From Naegleria gruberi (lineage: Eukaryota), in assembly GCA_000004985.1 (NCBI GenBank), contig GG738992.1: a stretch of 13,412 nt of DNA, one strand, 5' to 3'. Position numbers and translations under genes: made by a program. The notes below the pieces were generated by a model that ran no database searches, was not told the DNA's origin, and was given only the letters and a program-made list of their open reading frames with translations. This document shows positions 1-9,155 of this stretch, one piece after another (within the stretch, counting starts at the first letter, position 1; each line of letters begins with the position of its first letter).

Positions 1-260
1 TAAAAATAATTCAAATAGGACGTGATGATTTACTCACTTATTTCAGTGTTTGGTTCAGCACGGTTTCAATTTTATAAAAATTCACATGTTTTTAATTATT
101 AATATAATTGATTTCCCGAGCCAAACGCCGAAATAAATGACTTGTAATTGTTGCAAAGTGGTATGTCAGAAAGTAGGTCGATAATTTTTTTCATTTTTTT
201 CAAGTGTTTTTTATTTAGATCAGTGACAGTTCAATAATTCCACTAGTTAAGAGAAAACAA

Positions 261-779
261 ATGCCAATAAAACAAAGGAAGCATTCAAAGCAATGTTCTG
301 TTTGTTCAAAATACGTTCTCAAGGTTTATTTAAAACCGGAAGTCGATTCTTCAACATCAAAAACGAAGAAATATTGTTGCAGTAAATGTAGAGATGAGTT
401 ACGCAATGGTGGCAGTGATGATATTATGGAAGCTGATCAGCATGATGAAGGAGAAGATGGATTACATGGTACTCCAATGGCTTCTCAAATTTCTTCTCAA
501 TACAATACGTCTCAAAATCAGCCAAGCTTTCAGAGTCTAGTATATAATGGAATTTTACCTTCTTTTCAACCATTTCCCTCCAACACTACTGACAAAATTT
601 TCCCAATTCAAACATTTGCAAAATTTAGAATGATTGATTTTACCAATCACAATGATTCAGACCTGTCAAATTGTGGACCAATGTTAGGGATGGATTATAA
701 TCTTAGGAAAGAATTGGATAGAAATTGTCATATGGCTAGAACTATTCAATCCTCAAATAGTCTCATTTCTTATTTATGA
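261..779 (+). CDS. Hypothetical Cys-rich protein with a C-x2-C ... C-x2-C treble-clef-like arrangement. It is possibly one exon of a larger gene together with 796-1164.
   Basis: 172-aa ATG-initiated ORF. The 'CSVCSKY...(23 aa)...CCSKC' motif resembles a zinc-binding pair of Cys dyads. An acidic stretch 'DDIMEADQHDEGEDG' follows. No recognisable family. Confidence 0.3.
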   Translation: MPIKQRKHSKQCSVCSKYVLKVYLKPEVDSSTSKTKKYCCSKCRDELRNGGSDDIMEADQHDEGEDGLHGTPMASQISSQYNTSQNQPSFQSLVYNGILPSFQPFPSNTTDKIFPIQTFAKFRMIDFTNHNDSDLSNCGPMLGMDYNLRKELDRNCHMARTIQSSNSLISYL

Positions 780-795
780 TTCGAAATTCACTATA

Positions 796-1164
796 ATGGA
801 TAAAGTAGCCGCTTATTCATTCCTTACTTCTGCAGGATGTTCAATTTCAAAGGATGTGCATGAATGGTTGAGAGAAAAATTGTATGAGCAATTGAGAAAT
901 TCAATTCAGACCGAAAAAATCAAATCTGAAATCAAAAAATACACAAAAATTAGAAATTGTCAAACCTACACAGTGGTTGAGAATTCAAATGAGGTGAATG
1001 AAATGTCAAAAGAATTTAATCCAAAAGATGTTTCGAATGAAAGAAGTAGAAAAACAAAAAACAAACCAATTATTGAAATTAAAAAGAGTGCTGGTTTACA
1101 ATGTAACAACTGTAATTCCTTCCATATTACACTGGACATGTTTGGTGACGATTCATTCTTGTAA
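796..1164 (+). CDS. Hypothetical protein of unknown function.
   Basis: 122-aa ORF starting 17 bp after the stop of the 261-779 ORF, in a different frame. It is Lys/Glu-rich with a terminal 'CNNCNSF' Cys pair. It could be a second exon or frameshifted continuation of the upstream ORF. Confidence 0.25.
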   Translation: MDKVAAYSFLTSAGCSISKDVHEWLREKLYEQLRNSIQTEKIKSEIKKYTKIRNCQTYTVVENSNEVNEMSKEFNPKDVSNERSRKTKNKPIIEIKKSAGLQCNNCNSFHITLDMFGDDSFL

Positions 1165-4100
1165 CAATAAAAAAAATATCATCACGATGCACCACTCTTT
1201 TCAACATGTTAATTTTACATCATCAAAAATCAATTAATTATTACTATTATAATTGTAGTTTTTTAATTGGAGCAATATATCATGATATAATTAATATTAA
1301 TTATAATATTAAAATTTAAAATATGAAGTTGCGATAATGAAACTAGTTATGAATGTCCGAAATTTAATGGAAATTTTTATAAGGAAAGTATGTAATTATT
1401 GTACTTGTTTTAAAGACTATAGAAATACTAACAATAATATCTGATTTATTACTTTAGACTTTTTAATAATTTACAGTTCAATATCATCTAATCTTGTTGT
1501 TGGTATTTCTAATAATTGTAATTGACACTATCTTTAAATATCAAATAATTATTATGCTCATTTATTTGAGAGAAGATTCATCTTATCACAATTAGAAATG
1601 AATGAAACCACAACTGATAAATTGTATACAATTATCCTTATACAATTTCATATTATCAGTAAGGTAATCAACAAGAGTTGTTTCACTTTAAGAATTGAAT
1701 TATTAATTATGGAGAAAATTTACTTGACGATCAATTGAATAGAACTTGCTATCAAACTCCAAACAAGTACTAACTCATACTAATTTCAGTTTGGCTAGTG
1801 TTCGTCCATTTGATTTATTACATATTAACAGTTTATATTTCATCACGAAGAATTATTGATATCACTTCCTGTTCTTACCACTCCAATTAGTGGAAGAGAT
1901 TAACTTTATTGTAAATTTGGTAAGTATTTATTTGAATGAGTTTACTCAACATTCACAACAAAAAGACTCTAATATTGCTGAAATTGGATTAGAAAACAAG
2001 ATTTAATGTGAGTGTGTCATGTTTGGAATTGGATAAAATCAAAATTCATACCTTGGATGATGATCAATTGTTTAATTCATGATTAAATTTGGATAGTTTA
2101 TTGCTGGAATTATACTCGTGGGTCCTCTTTGGTGAAGAACCTCTTTCTGGGCATGCCAGAGGAGATTCCGTGTTTGATGGATTTGTTTCAGGTATGTTAT
2201 ATTGTTTTAGAATATTATCAACTATAATATGAATGTTAATAATCAAATTGTGGATTGCTTTCTGTGTTGGACTTAATAGAACTCAATAACTGGCAAGTTA
2301 ACTAGATAAGGCTTTACAATCATCAGATTTAAAGAATGCAATATTATATTTGGAAAATTAATTGGAATATTTGATTTTTGACTAATTGAATGAGGCAACA
2401 AAGAGTCTCTATGGAAATTCCACTGGCATTATTATTTTTGAATTAGGATTGTTCATATTTGGAAACAATTACAGAGTAGTGTTTCTGCTGGTGGTGACTC
2501 TTGCCAAGCTGTTTCAAAGATATGATTTAATATTTAGAGAAGGAAATACCGTTATGTGAATGCCTTTTCATTAAGATAGAACAAATGAGTGAGTTACCAA
2601 TTCACTCAAGCTCAAAGATTCACATTCATTTTCATTCAAAAACTCACTCAGTTTGGAAAAGGTACTCAGATTGAAAAGAAAATGATTCATTTGCTTGGTA
2701 GCTCTCAACTAAATTCTTATCCAATGAGAAGAGAGGTTTATCTAACAATCTTGATTCCTTCTTCGATTGGAGAATTGTTTTTTGTTGAGATAAACTGAAG
2801 AATAATCTGGTGAAACTTGCTGGGAAACTTTGAAATCCATTGACAAGGACTGGAGGGGAAAGGAGGTATCAATGGAGTGTTGAATCTACACAGAATAATT
2901 CGATTTGATAATTTTCGTCCATAGCAACTTTTAATGCTCTAAAGTGTGCTCTTCAACTTCAAAGTCACAGTTTCCTCTTCAATGGATGAAACAAGTATGC
3001 AAAGTAAATGGAAGGGTGTATGTTTTCTTTCTTCATTTGCATGAAAGGATTTATGAACGGTTGTCGAAATAAGCGATTAATGGTATAAGTGTTGGATAAT
3101 TTTGCAGATATTATCTGTCCCTTTCAATCAAATATTCATGAACCTTTCTTCTATAATTAATGAAATCTGCTCATTTGAATGGTCCCAACAAATCTGATTT
3201 CGAACCTATCTATACAATCTCTGTAAATCAAGTGCTAACAGTTCAAATGAAAGTAAGGAAGAGAATGTTGGAGGTGGAGATGACGACTGGGAATTTTTCA
3301 ATGTTGAAAAAACGAACCAGTTGAATCTGAATAGCAAGTGAATGAACTAGTCACTAAGAAATTCGTCTTGGACGAAAGTGAATTCGAACTTGATTATTAC
3401 ACAATATTCCATTGCTAATAATGGTCAAACTCTCTTTACAAATATACTCCTCATTCAATAAGATCTTGGAACTGTTGGTAATACTCTCCAATCATATGTA
3501 AGCTCTCAATAACAATACCTTGTATGAGGATTATGAAGCCAAAGTAACAAATTACTCATTTCCAAAATGAAATGACATCACTCTTGAATAAGTTGATTTA
3601 CCTTAAATATTATTCCAGTTTTGGATAAAATATTAATAGCTAATTCACTGATAGTGCCAATTGACATCCACTTTTTAAACCCATTTAGACAGTAGTTGTC
3701 TTTTCACTAAATTATTCAGAACCATCCTATAAGATAATTTTACAAAATGAAATAAGGGAGACAAATCTTACCTGTTATATAATATAATTCAACGATCCAA
3801 AAATTATCTAATTTCTACATCTATCCAAAATTAAAATTAATTCCAATAATTTCAAATTATCCTAAATTCATTCCAAGTACATTAATTGATGAAATAATTC
3901 CACTCCAATTCCATGTCAATCAAGTAATTTCATAATTATCCAATTTTTTCAATTATTATTTCATCCACTTCCAAATAATTATTTACAAATTTGCAAGTCA
4001 GTTCGAAATATTTCAAAACAATATTAATAATTAAGAGAAAATTAAAATTTAATTACTTATCATCCAATAACCAAAATCGAAATTATCGTAACATTTCATT

Positions 4101-4180
4101 GAATGACAAGACATTTCCCAATTAACATATACTCTGTTATCATAGTCATTACAAACCAATGTCATGGCTGTGTACTCACA

Positions 4181-4473
4181 NNNNNNNNNNNNNNNNNNNN
4201 NNNNNNNNNNNNNNNNNNNNNNNNNNNNNNNNNNNNNNNNNNNNNNNNNNNNNNNNNNNNNNNNNNNNNNNNNNNNNNNNNNNNNNNNNNNNNNNNNNNN
4301 NNNNNNNNNNNNNNNNNNNNNNNNNNNNNNNNNNNNNNNNNNNNNNNNNNNNNNNNNNNNNNNNNNNNNNNNNNNNNNNNNNNNNNNNNNNNNNNNNNNN
4401 NNNNNNNNNNNNNNNNNNNNNNNNNNNNNNNNNNNNNNNNNNNNNNNNNNNNNNNNNNNNNNNNNNNNNNNNN
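4181..4473. other. Assembly gap (run of N).
   Basis: 293 consecutive 'n' characters. The six-frame ORFs crossing it (X runs) are artefacts of the gap. Confidence 0.99.
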
Positions 4474-5061
4474 ATATTACTCCTTCTGCTCTTCTTGATT
4501 CCTCTACTTGATACAACCCTCCCCTTCGATACCTTCTCTTTTGGTGTCTTGGTTTTCTTCTCTTGTTGTTGTTCAAAGAATTCACGATCGTAATTGATGA
4601 AGTAGTTAGTACAGTTTTTTCTACTCTTGATTGTTTTGATGGTGGCTGGCATTTGATTGTTTTTTTGTTGTTTGTTTGTGATGAGTAACCAGCAGAGTGA
4701 TATGCTAGGTTCAGTGTTGTTACATTTTTTTTTAAAACATTACAAAGACTACCAAATTGCAGGCCCGCCTCTGTATGGCTGAATTTTTACGGCCTTGGCT
4801 TTTTGTCATTGTAATGGGTAATAAAATAATTTTAAAAAAATCTTCATCATCATCATGCTTATCAAATCATCATAACCCTAGTAGGATCAAACCAACTATT
4901 AATTCGGATAAATGTGTTCAATATATATATTTATAATTTACAATTGGTGGTGATGGAATATAATTAAAGCCAGTGTTCATTCAGGACACTTCATGATGAT
5001 TTTAAATAATCAGCACAGCAACAACTCTTACTCTCCTTCTGATGGATTTTCAGAGAGAGTG

Positions 5062-6189
5062 TTAACTACTACTATCACTGTTCTTTTGCTGGGCTTTCTT
5101 TCTAGTCTGACGATAATTATCAAATCTCTTCTTTTTTACCTTCTGATCCTCAACGGCATCGACAGTAGTAAGCTTGATTGCAGCCACTTCCAATTCCTTC
5201 AAATCATTATTTGAGTATGGAGGTTTTTCTAAATGGAACATCTCCACAAGTTTATCAACAGCCATACCAAATTGACCAATAGTTTTCACTTCTACTTGTT
5301 GTATTGGTGTGAGAGAGTAAGTGTTTCCTCTGAATGTGAAGGAGGTTGCTTTACATACCTCATCTTCATCTTCTACCCAGACTGCTGCTAAAGCTTCCCT
5401 GACCTTTCTCTTCTTTTGTTTAAAATGGAATTCGACTTGAGAAGTTCTCTTTTTGGCCTCTGATTCGGATTTAACTAGCTCCTCATTCAATTTCTTCAAT
5501 GTATCACATTCCAAAACAAGTTGGTCAGTTCTTTGAGCAAGTTCATCACGTTCTTGAACTAATTGGGCTATTCTTTCTTCATACTTTTTTTGCTGAAATT
5601 CAAATGTTGTGGAATGAATCATGTTGTTTGTAGGACCACAACTGGAAAAACTAGGAATAGTTCCTCCCGAAAAACTTGGAATTGAAAAATTAGAAATAAT
5701 TTCAGAACTACTTGCGCTTCCACCAACAACAGCACCACTATATATATTAACATGAGGAGCAGAAGGAAAACTTGAAATGTTACCAAATGGTTGAGTCATT
5801 CTTGATGATGTAGGAAGGGATGACGATGGTGTAAATAATGTTGCCAATGGTGGTTGTGATGGTTGTTGTTGAGATAGATGAGGAATAACATTTTGTGAAA
5901 TGGTTGAAAACACTGTTGGAGGTGAAGGACCAAAAATGTCTGAATTATCAACATGATTATTCTTTGGATCCAATAAGGTTGTCATATTGACAAGTGAACT
6001 AGCCGAAGTTTTATGGAGATCAGCAAAGTCTATGGCTAATTCATTCCATTTCCAATTCAACACGGCACCAACTATAAACTCTGCATTATTGAAAACCAAG
6101 TTAGAGTTTGTCTCCACAGCACTGACAGAGATTTGCATCTGGGTATCATCATTACTTACAAATCCCATGACTTTTCCTACACATAACAT
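5062..6189 (-). CDS. Hypothetical protein of unrecognised family. It has an N-terminal globular segment, a Ser/Pro/Gln-rich low-complexity linker, a central coiled coil and a C-terminal globular domain of about 120 aa.
   Basis: 375-aa ORF from ATG to TAA (stop at 5062-5064). The middle 'KKYEERIAQLVQERDELAQRTDQLVLECDTLKKLNEELVKSESEAKK' is heptad-like coiled coil. The long 'SQQQPSQPPLATLFTPSSSLPTSS' region is low complexity. Amino-acid composition is coding-like and there are no internal stops over 1.1 kb in AT-rich DNA. Confidence 0.55.
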   Translation of the reverse strand: MLCVGKVMGFVSNDDTQMQISVSAVETNSNLVFNNAEFIVGAVLNWKWNELAIDFADLHKTSASSLVNMTTLLDPKNNHVDNSDIFGPSPPTVFSTISQNVIPHLSQQQPSQPPLATLFTPSSSLPTSSRMTQPFGNISSFPSAPHVNIYSGAVVGGSASSSEIISNFSIPSFSGGTIPSFSSCGPTNNMIHSTTFEFQQKKYEERIAQLVQERDELAQRTDQLVLECDTLKKLNEELVKSESEAKKRTSQVEFHFKQKKRKVREALAAVWVEDEDEVCKATSFTFRGNTYSLTPIQQVEVKTIGQFGMAVDKLVEMFHLEKPPYSNNDLKELEVAAIKLTTVDAVEDQKVKKKRFDNYRQTRKKAQQKNSDSSS

Positions 6190-6364
6190 TCATCATAAGG
6201 AACAACAAGTATTACACTAATAGGCCCTTCAGGCTTATTCTTGAGAAGATTATCACTTGTCACAGTATGCTTCTGGATGTAGAGGTAGTTGGATGTTGGA
6301 TCTAACAAGTTTCAACTTTTTCAAGATTAAAGCCTTGTGTGAGAACAGACTTGTGTCACTCATC
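6190..6364. promoter_or_regulatory. Putative shared, bidirectional promoter or 5'UTR region between the divergent genes 5062-6189 (-) and 6257-7558 (+).
   Basis: The two ORFs run head-to-head. The first 36 codons of the + ORF ('MSQYASGCRGSWMLDLTSFNFF...') look non-protein-like, so the real start is probably the Met at about 6365 ('MRLSLTSIQ...'). That leaves about 175 bp between the two start codons. Confidence 0.3.
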
Positions 6365-7558
6365 ATGCGTTTATCATTAACATCCATACAAAGAACCTCA
6401 ACAAACACTACCTTAACAAAGGCTAAGAAGAAGAGACTATTGGAAAGTGGAAGGGAGGATGTTATATTAGAGTTTCTTGCAATGAAGAGACGAAATCGAC
6501 AATTAGCAAAAAGTAATAATAACAGCCTCAATCATCAACAACAACCTCAACAACCTCAACATTCTTTTAATTGCTCTACTCTTGGTTGTCAGTGTCATCA
6601 TCATCAATACGACCCTTATCATCATCATGTACCAAGTCATCAGATTCCTTCTACAGGTCAAGTAGAAACCAATATTAATCATCAAACTATGCACGAATTA
6701 GAATTGGGTGGAATTGATACAGTGATGAGCAATAGTCATCGTGTTGATGATGATGATTATGAAGGATTGGATTTTCTTCAAGCATTGCAAAGTGGACTCT
6801 TAAAGAAGGCTAGAGACTCACTTCTCGAAGATGATAAACCTCTCTTCAAAGGATCAGAGCATACCTTCACAGACATGTCTCTCACTCTAGCCAAATACTT
6901 TGCTGAATCAAAGAGTTCAAAAGCCAATATGAACACTCTAATCACAATCATCAACTCGATCTTTGGACCAATCCTCAACAAGAGAATACCCAAACTAAAA
7001 ACAATCCTCAACAAGATTGAAAATGTAAAGAAGGATTACGAGCAAGTCTATTATTGTGCTAGTCATGAGCAAATCATTCCTAGAGGAGGTGAATGTAGCA
7101 TCTGCAAGGCAAAGATTGGAAAGTCACCTTACTATTGGCATAAGTCCTTCAAATCCTGTATTTCAGAATTGGTGGAAATAACTGGATTAGCCAAATTGAA
7201 AGAGGTTGTAAAAAGACCAAGCTTTCTTTCTCACCCCTCATTAACAACAACAAGAACAACAACATTACATTCAACAATTACATCAAATCAATCTCCACCT
7301 CAATCATTAGCAACAACAACAACAAGAATTGGAAATAGTACCACTACTACTGCTCAACATCTTCAAACAATAGCAGATTGTTGTGATTCAACAGAATACG
7401 AAAGAATTACAGGTAATGGTTGGTGGGATGATAATGCTCTTTGCCTCACACTGAGTGCTGGTACTGATGGTGCATGTGCTACAAAATCAACAAATAAGAG
7501 CATCAATCCTCTCCTTGCTTGGATCAATGAGCTGCCCTTGGAAACTCGATTCTCATAA
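6257..7558 (+). CDS. Hypothetical Gln/His/Thr-rich protein with a basic N-terminal segment and a Cys pair ('CASHEQIIPRGGECSICKAKIG'). The true start is probably internal, near 6365.
   Basis: 433-aa ORF ending in TAA at 7556-7558. It has low-complexity poly-Q/H ('NHQQQPQQPQH', 'CQCHHHQYDPYHHHVP') and poly-T/N tracts ('SLTTTRTTTLHSTITSNQSPPQSLATTTTRIGNSTTTTAQ'). No family recognised. Confidence 0.5.
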   Translation: MSQYASGCRGSWMLDLTSFNFFKIKALCENRLVSLIMRLSLTSIQRTSTNTTLTKAKKKRLLESGREDVILEFLAMKRRNRQLAKSNNNSLNHQQQPQQPQHSFNCSTLGCQCHHHQYDPYHHHVPSHQIPSTGQVETNINHQTMHELELGGIDTVMSNSHRVDDDDYEGLDFLQALQSGLLKKARDSLLEDDKPLFKGSEHTFTDMSLTLAKYFAESKSSKANMNTLITIINSIFGPILNKRIPKLKTILNKIENVKKDYEQVYYCASHEQIIPRGGECSICKAKIGKSPYYWHKSFKSCISELVEITGLAKLKEVVKRPSFLSHPSLTTTRTTTLHSTITSNQSPPQSLATTTTRIGNSTTTTAQHLQTIADCCDSTEYERITGNGWWDDNALCLTLSAGTDGACATKSTNKSINPLLAWINELPLETRFS

Positions 7559-7744
7559 CGGTAAGCTTTCTTCTTGCCTATGCAAACCATTCCATTCCAT
7601 ACAAAGTTCTCTTACACAATTTTATCAGTGAATTAATCTTGCTAGATAGGGGTGTTGAGATGAAGGATCCACATAATAACAACTCTACCTATACTCTAAA
7701 GGTGAGATTGTTTAACATGATTAGATTTAGTCTCCATTCAAGAA

Positions 7745-8170
7745 TTGTTAGAAATTGGACATGCTGGGTGCAATGGTTGTCGGTTCTGTAACCTTCTTGG
7801 TAGAAAGGATAAAGATACAGGTGTTATTTATTCATCCATTAGTGGTTGCAATAGCAGTGGCCAAGGTAACCCAATTACACGAAATTGGGAACAAATGAAA
7901 CCAAATTTTATCAAACTGTACAAGAATGAAATTCCATCCTTTGAAGGAGTTTCGGGTGTTTCCATTCTATTAAGGTTACCCTATTTTAGAGGGACAACAC
8001 AGGTGAGTTGTGATGTATTGCACAATCTCTTGGAAGGAAGGTACTCAATAGAATTGTTGTTCTCTATGATAGACACCTTCCAGATATTAATAGTAAGTTG
8101 CGCTTTCAAATTATTATATTGTTGTAACAATTCAAATTATTATAACACCAACAATATAATTATATCGTGA
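7745..8170 (+). pseudogene. Transposase relic fragment 1, carrying the Cys-rich 'HAGCNGCRFCN' and 'DVLHNLLEG' motifs.
   Basis: 141-aa ORF. A GTAAGT donor-like site at 8093 follows 'FQILI'. The downstream sequence reads as AT-rich intron-like DNA. Confidence 0.35.
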
Positions 8171-8234
8171 AATTATTATAATATTAATAACAATTAATAA
8201 CAACAACAATAATTCCATTATATAATATATTAAC

Positions 8235-8621
8235 ATGACATTCACACAAATTATGTATGTTTTAATATCAACTTTTCATTCTTTTCCAAAAGAAAACCTC
8301 TTATCTATCAATACTCCTTCCATGTATCACAGACAAGTGAGAGATTTGAGTAATTTGGCTCACTATAAAGCCATTGAGTTTTACATGATATTTGCCTATT
8401 GTACATCAGCTTTTCAAGGAATTTTGAGTCAAGCCCATTATTCAATCATGGTTGGAATTAAAGATCTCATCTCTACCATTATGAATCCCTTCCCAAAGGA
8501 CAATACTCGAATCAAATTGTTCGACTATGAAGTTAGCACTCTACTTCAAAATGTTGAAAAGGAGTTTGGCTCTAATTGTTGTACATTGGCTACACATTCG
8601 GTAAAACATTTTCCAGAGTAA
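8235..8621 (+). pseudogene. Transposase relic fragment 2.
   Basis: 128-aa ORF. Its coding-like portion starts after the AG at 8291-8292 or 8331-8332. It ends at 'HFPE' immediately before 'gtaagttgtaacaatttag'. It lies between two fragments with transposase-like motifs. Confidence 0.3.
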
Positions 8622-8732
8622 GTTGTAACAATTTAGCGGTGACACTGATTATCATCACCACCGTCAATGTTGACCCACTTCCACTCAATAATACCACACA
8701 ATGCATTCATATTCCATGATATTATACAATAA

Positions 8733-8981
8733 TATAGTTCAATTTGGAATACTGGACCACTCTATGCTACGAGTACATTTGTTTTAGAGGATGCAATTGG
8801 TACAATCATCTCCACCATTAAGAATGGTAAGGTGAATATGGATCACAAGGCACTCCAATGTTGGAAGATTTTCCAACTCTTCTCATTTAGAACGAGATCA
8901 TTTGGTTATCAATTTTCAAAAGGTAGGTACTTAGTTCAAACATTTATTGTTAATTCAATTTTTCAGGAGATGCACTTTTAA
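8733..8981 (+). pseudogene. Transposase relic fragment 3, DUF4218-like, with sequence 'WNTGPLYATSTFVLEDAIGTIISTIKNGKVNMDHKALQCWKIF...'.
   Basis: Stop-free frame of about 82 codons read by hand from 8733. The GP..(8)..F.LE...G.I motif spacing matches the TNP2-family C-terminal conserved block. Confidence 0.35.
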
Positions 8982-9064
8982 TGAATAATGTAAAATACAT
9001 GATTATGGGAAAGTAAGTTTGTTTTGTTTTAATTACATATTTAATTTATTCGAATATAAATTTT

Positions 9065-9100
9065 CAATTCAATCAATCAATTCAATTCAATCAATTCAAT
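9065..9100. repeat. Simple-sequence repeat (CAATT/CAATCAATT)n.
   Basis: The sequence is 'caattcaatcaatcaattcaattcaatcaattcaat', seen directly. Confidence 0.8.
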
Positions 9101-9155
9101 AATGATGAAATGCAAATCATTGAATCTAACTTTTATAAATATTTTGGCAATAATA

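Larger units (their letters stand above)
7745..8981 (+). mobile_element. Relic of an EnSpm/CACTA-superfamily (TNP2-like) DNA-transposon transposase gene. It is fragmented into at least three ORF pieces and is probably inactive.
   Basis: Fragment 1 carries 'SCDVLHNLLEGRYSIELLF', which resembles the conserved 'DVMHIEKNV' motif of TNP2 / Transposase_21 proteins. Fragment 3 (8733-8981, absent from the ORF track because it has no ATG) reads 'WNTGPLYATSTFVLEDAIGTIISTIKNGK'. That resembles the DUF4218 'GPV..WMYPFER..G.LK' block found at the C-terminal side of the same transposases. The pieces are in different frames and are separated by GTAAGT-initiated intron-like spacers whose phases do not join cleanly. 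Confidence 0.4.

Noticed and set aside
4049-4652. Several ORFs on both strands spanning 4049-4652 with long runs of X.
   Set aside because: They exist only because the N-run contains no stop codons. They are not real coding sequence, except possibly the short real-sequence part noted in the findings.
4993-5214. 73-aa + strand ORF 'MMILNNQHSNNSYSPSDGFSERVLTTTITVLLLGFLSSL...'.
   Set aside because: It overlaps the 3' end of the much longer, better-supported minus-strand gene 5062-6189 on the opposite strand. It is hydrophobic, low complexity and probably spurious.
5987-6220. 77-aa + strand ORF antisense to the start of the 5062-6189 gene.
   Set aside because: It is entirely contained within the opposite-strand CDS and has no supporting features.
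6253-7014. Minus-strand ORFs 6253-6531, 6503-6694 and 6778-7014 ('MRLLLLLFANCRF...', 'MHSLMINIGFYLTCRR...', 'MLRIVFSLGILLLRIG...').
   Set aside because: They are antisense to the 433-aa + strand ORF, and their hydrophobic low-complexity composition is typical of reverse-strand shadows of Q/H/T-rich coding sequence.
7363-7590. 75-aa minus-strand ORF overlapping the 3' end of the 6257-7558 gene.
   Set aside because: It is an antisense shadow within a better-supported CDS.
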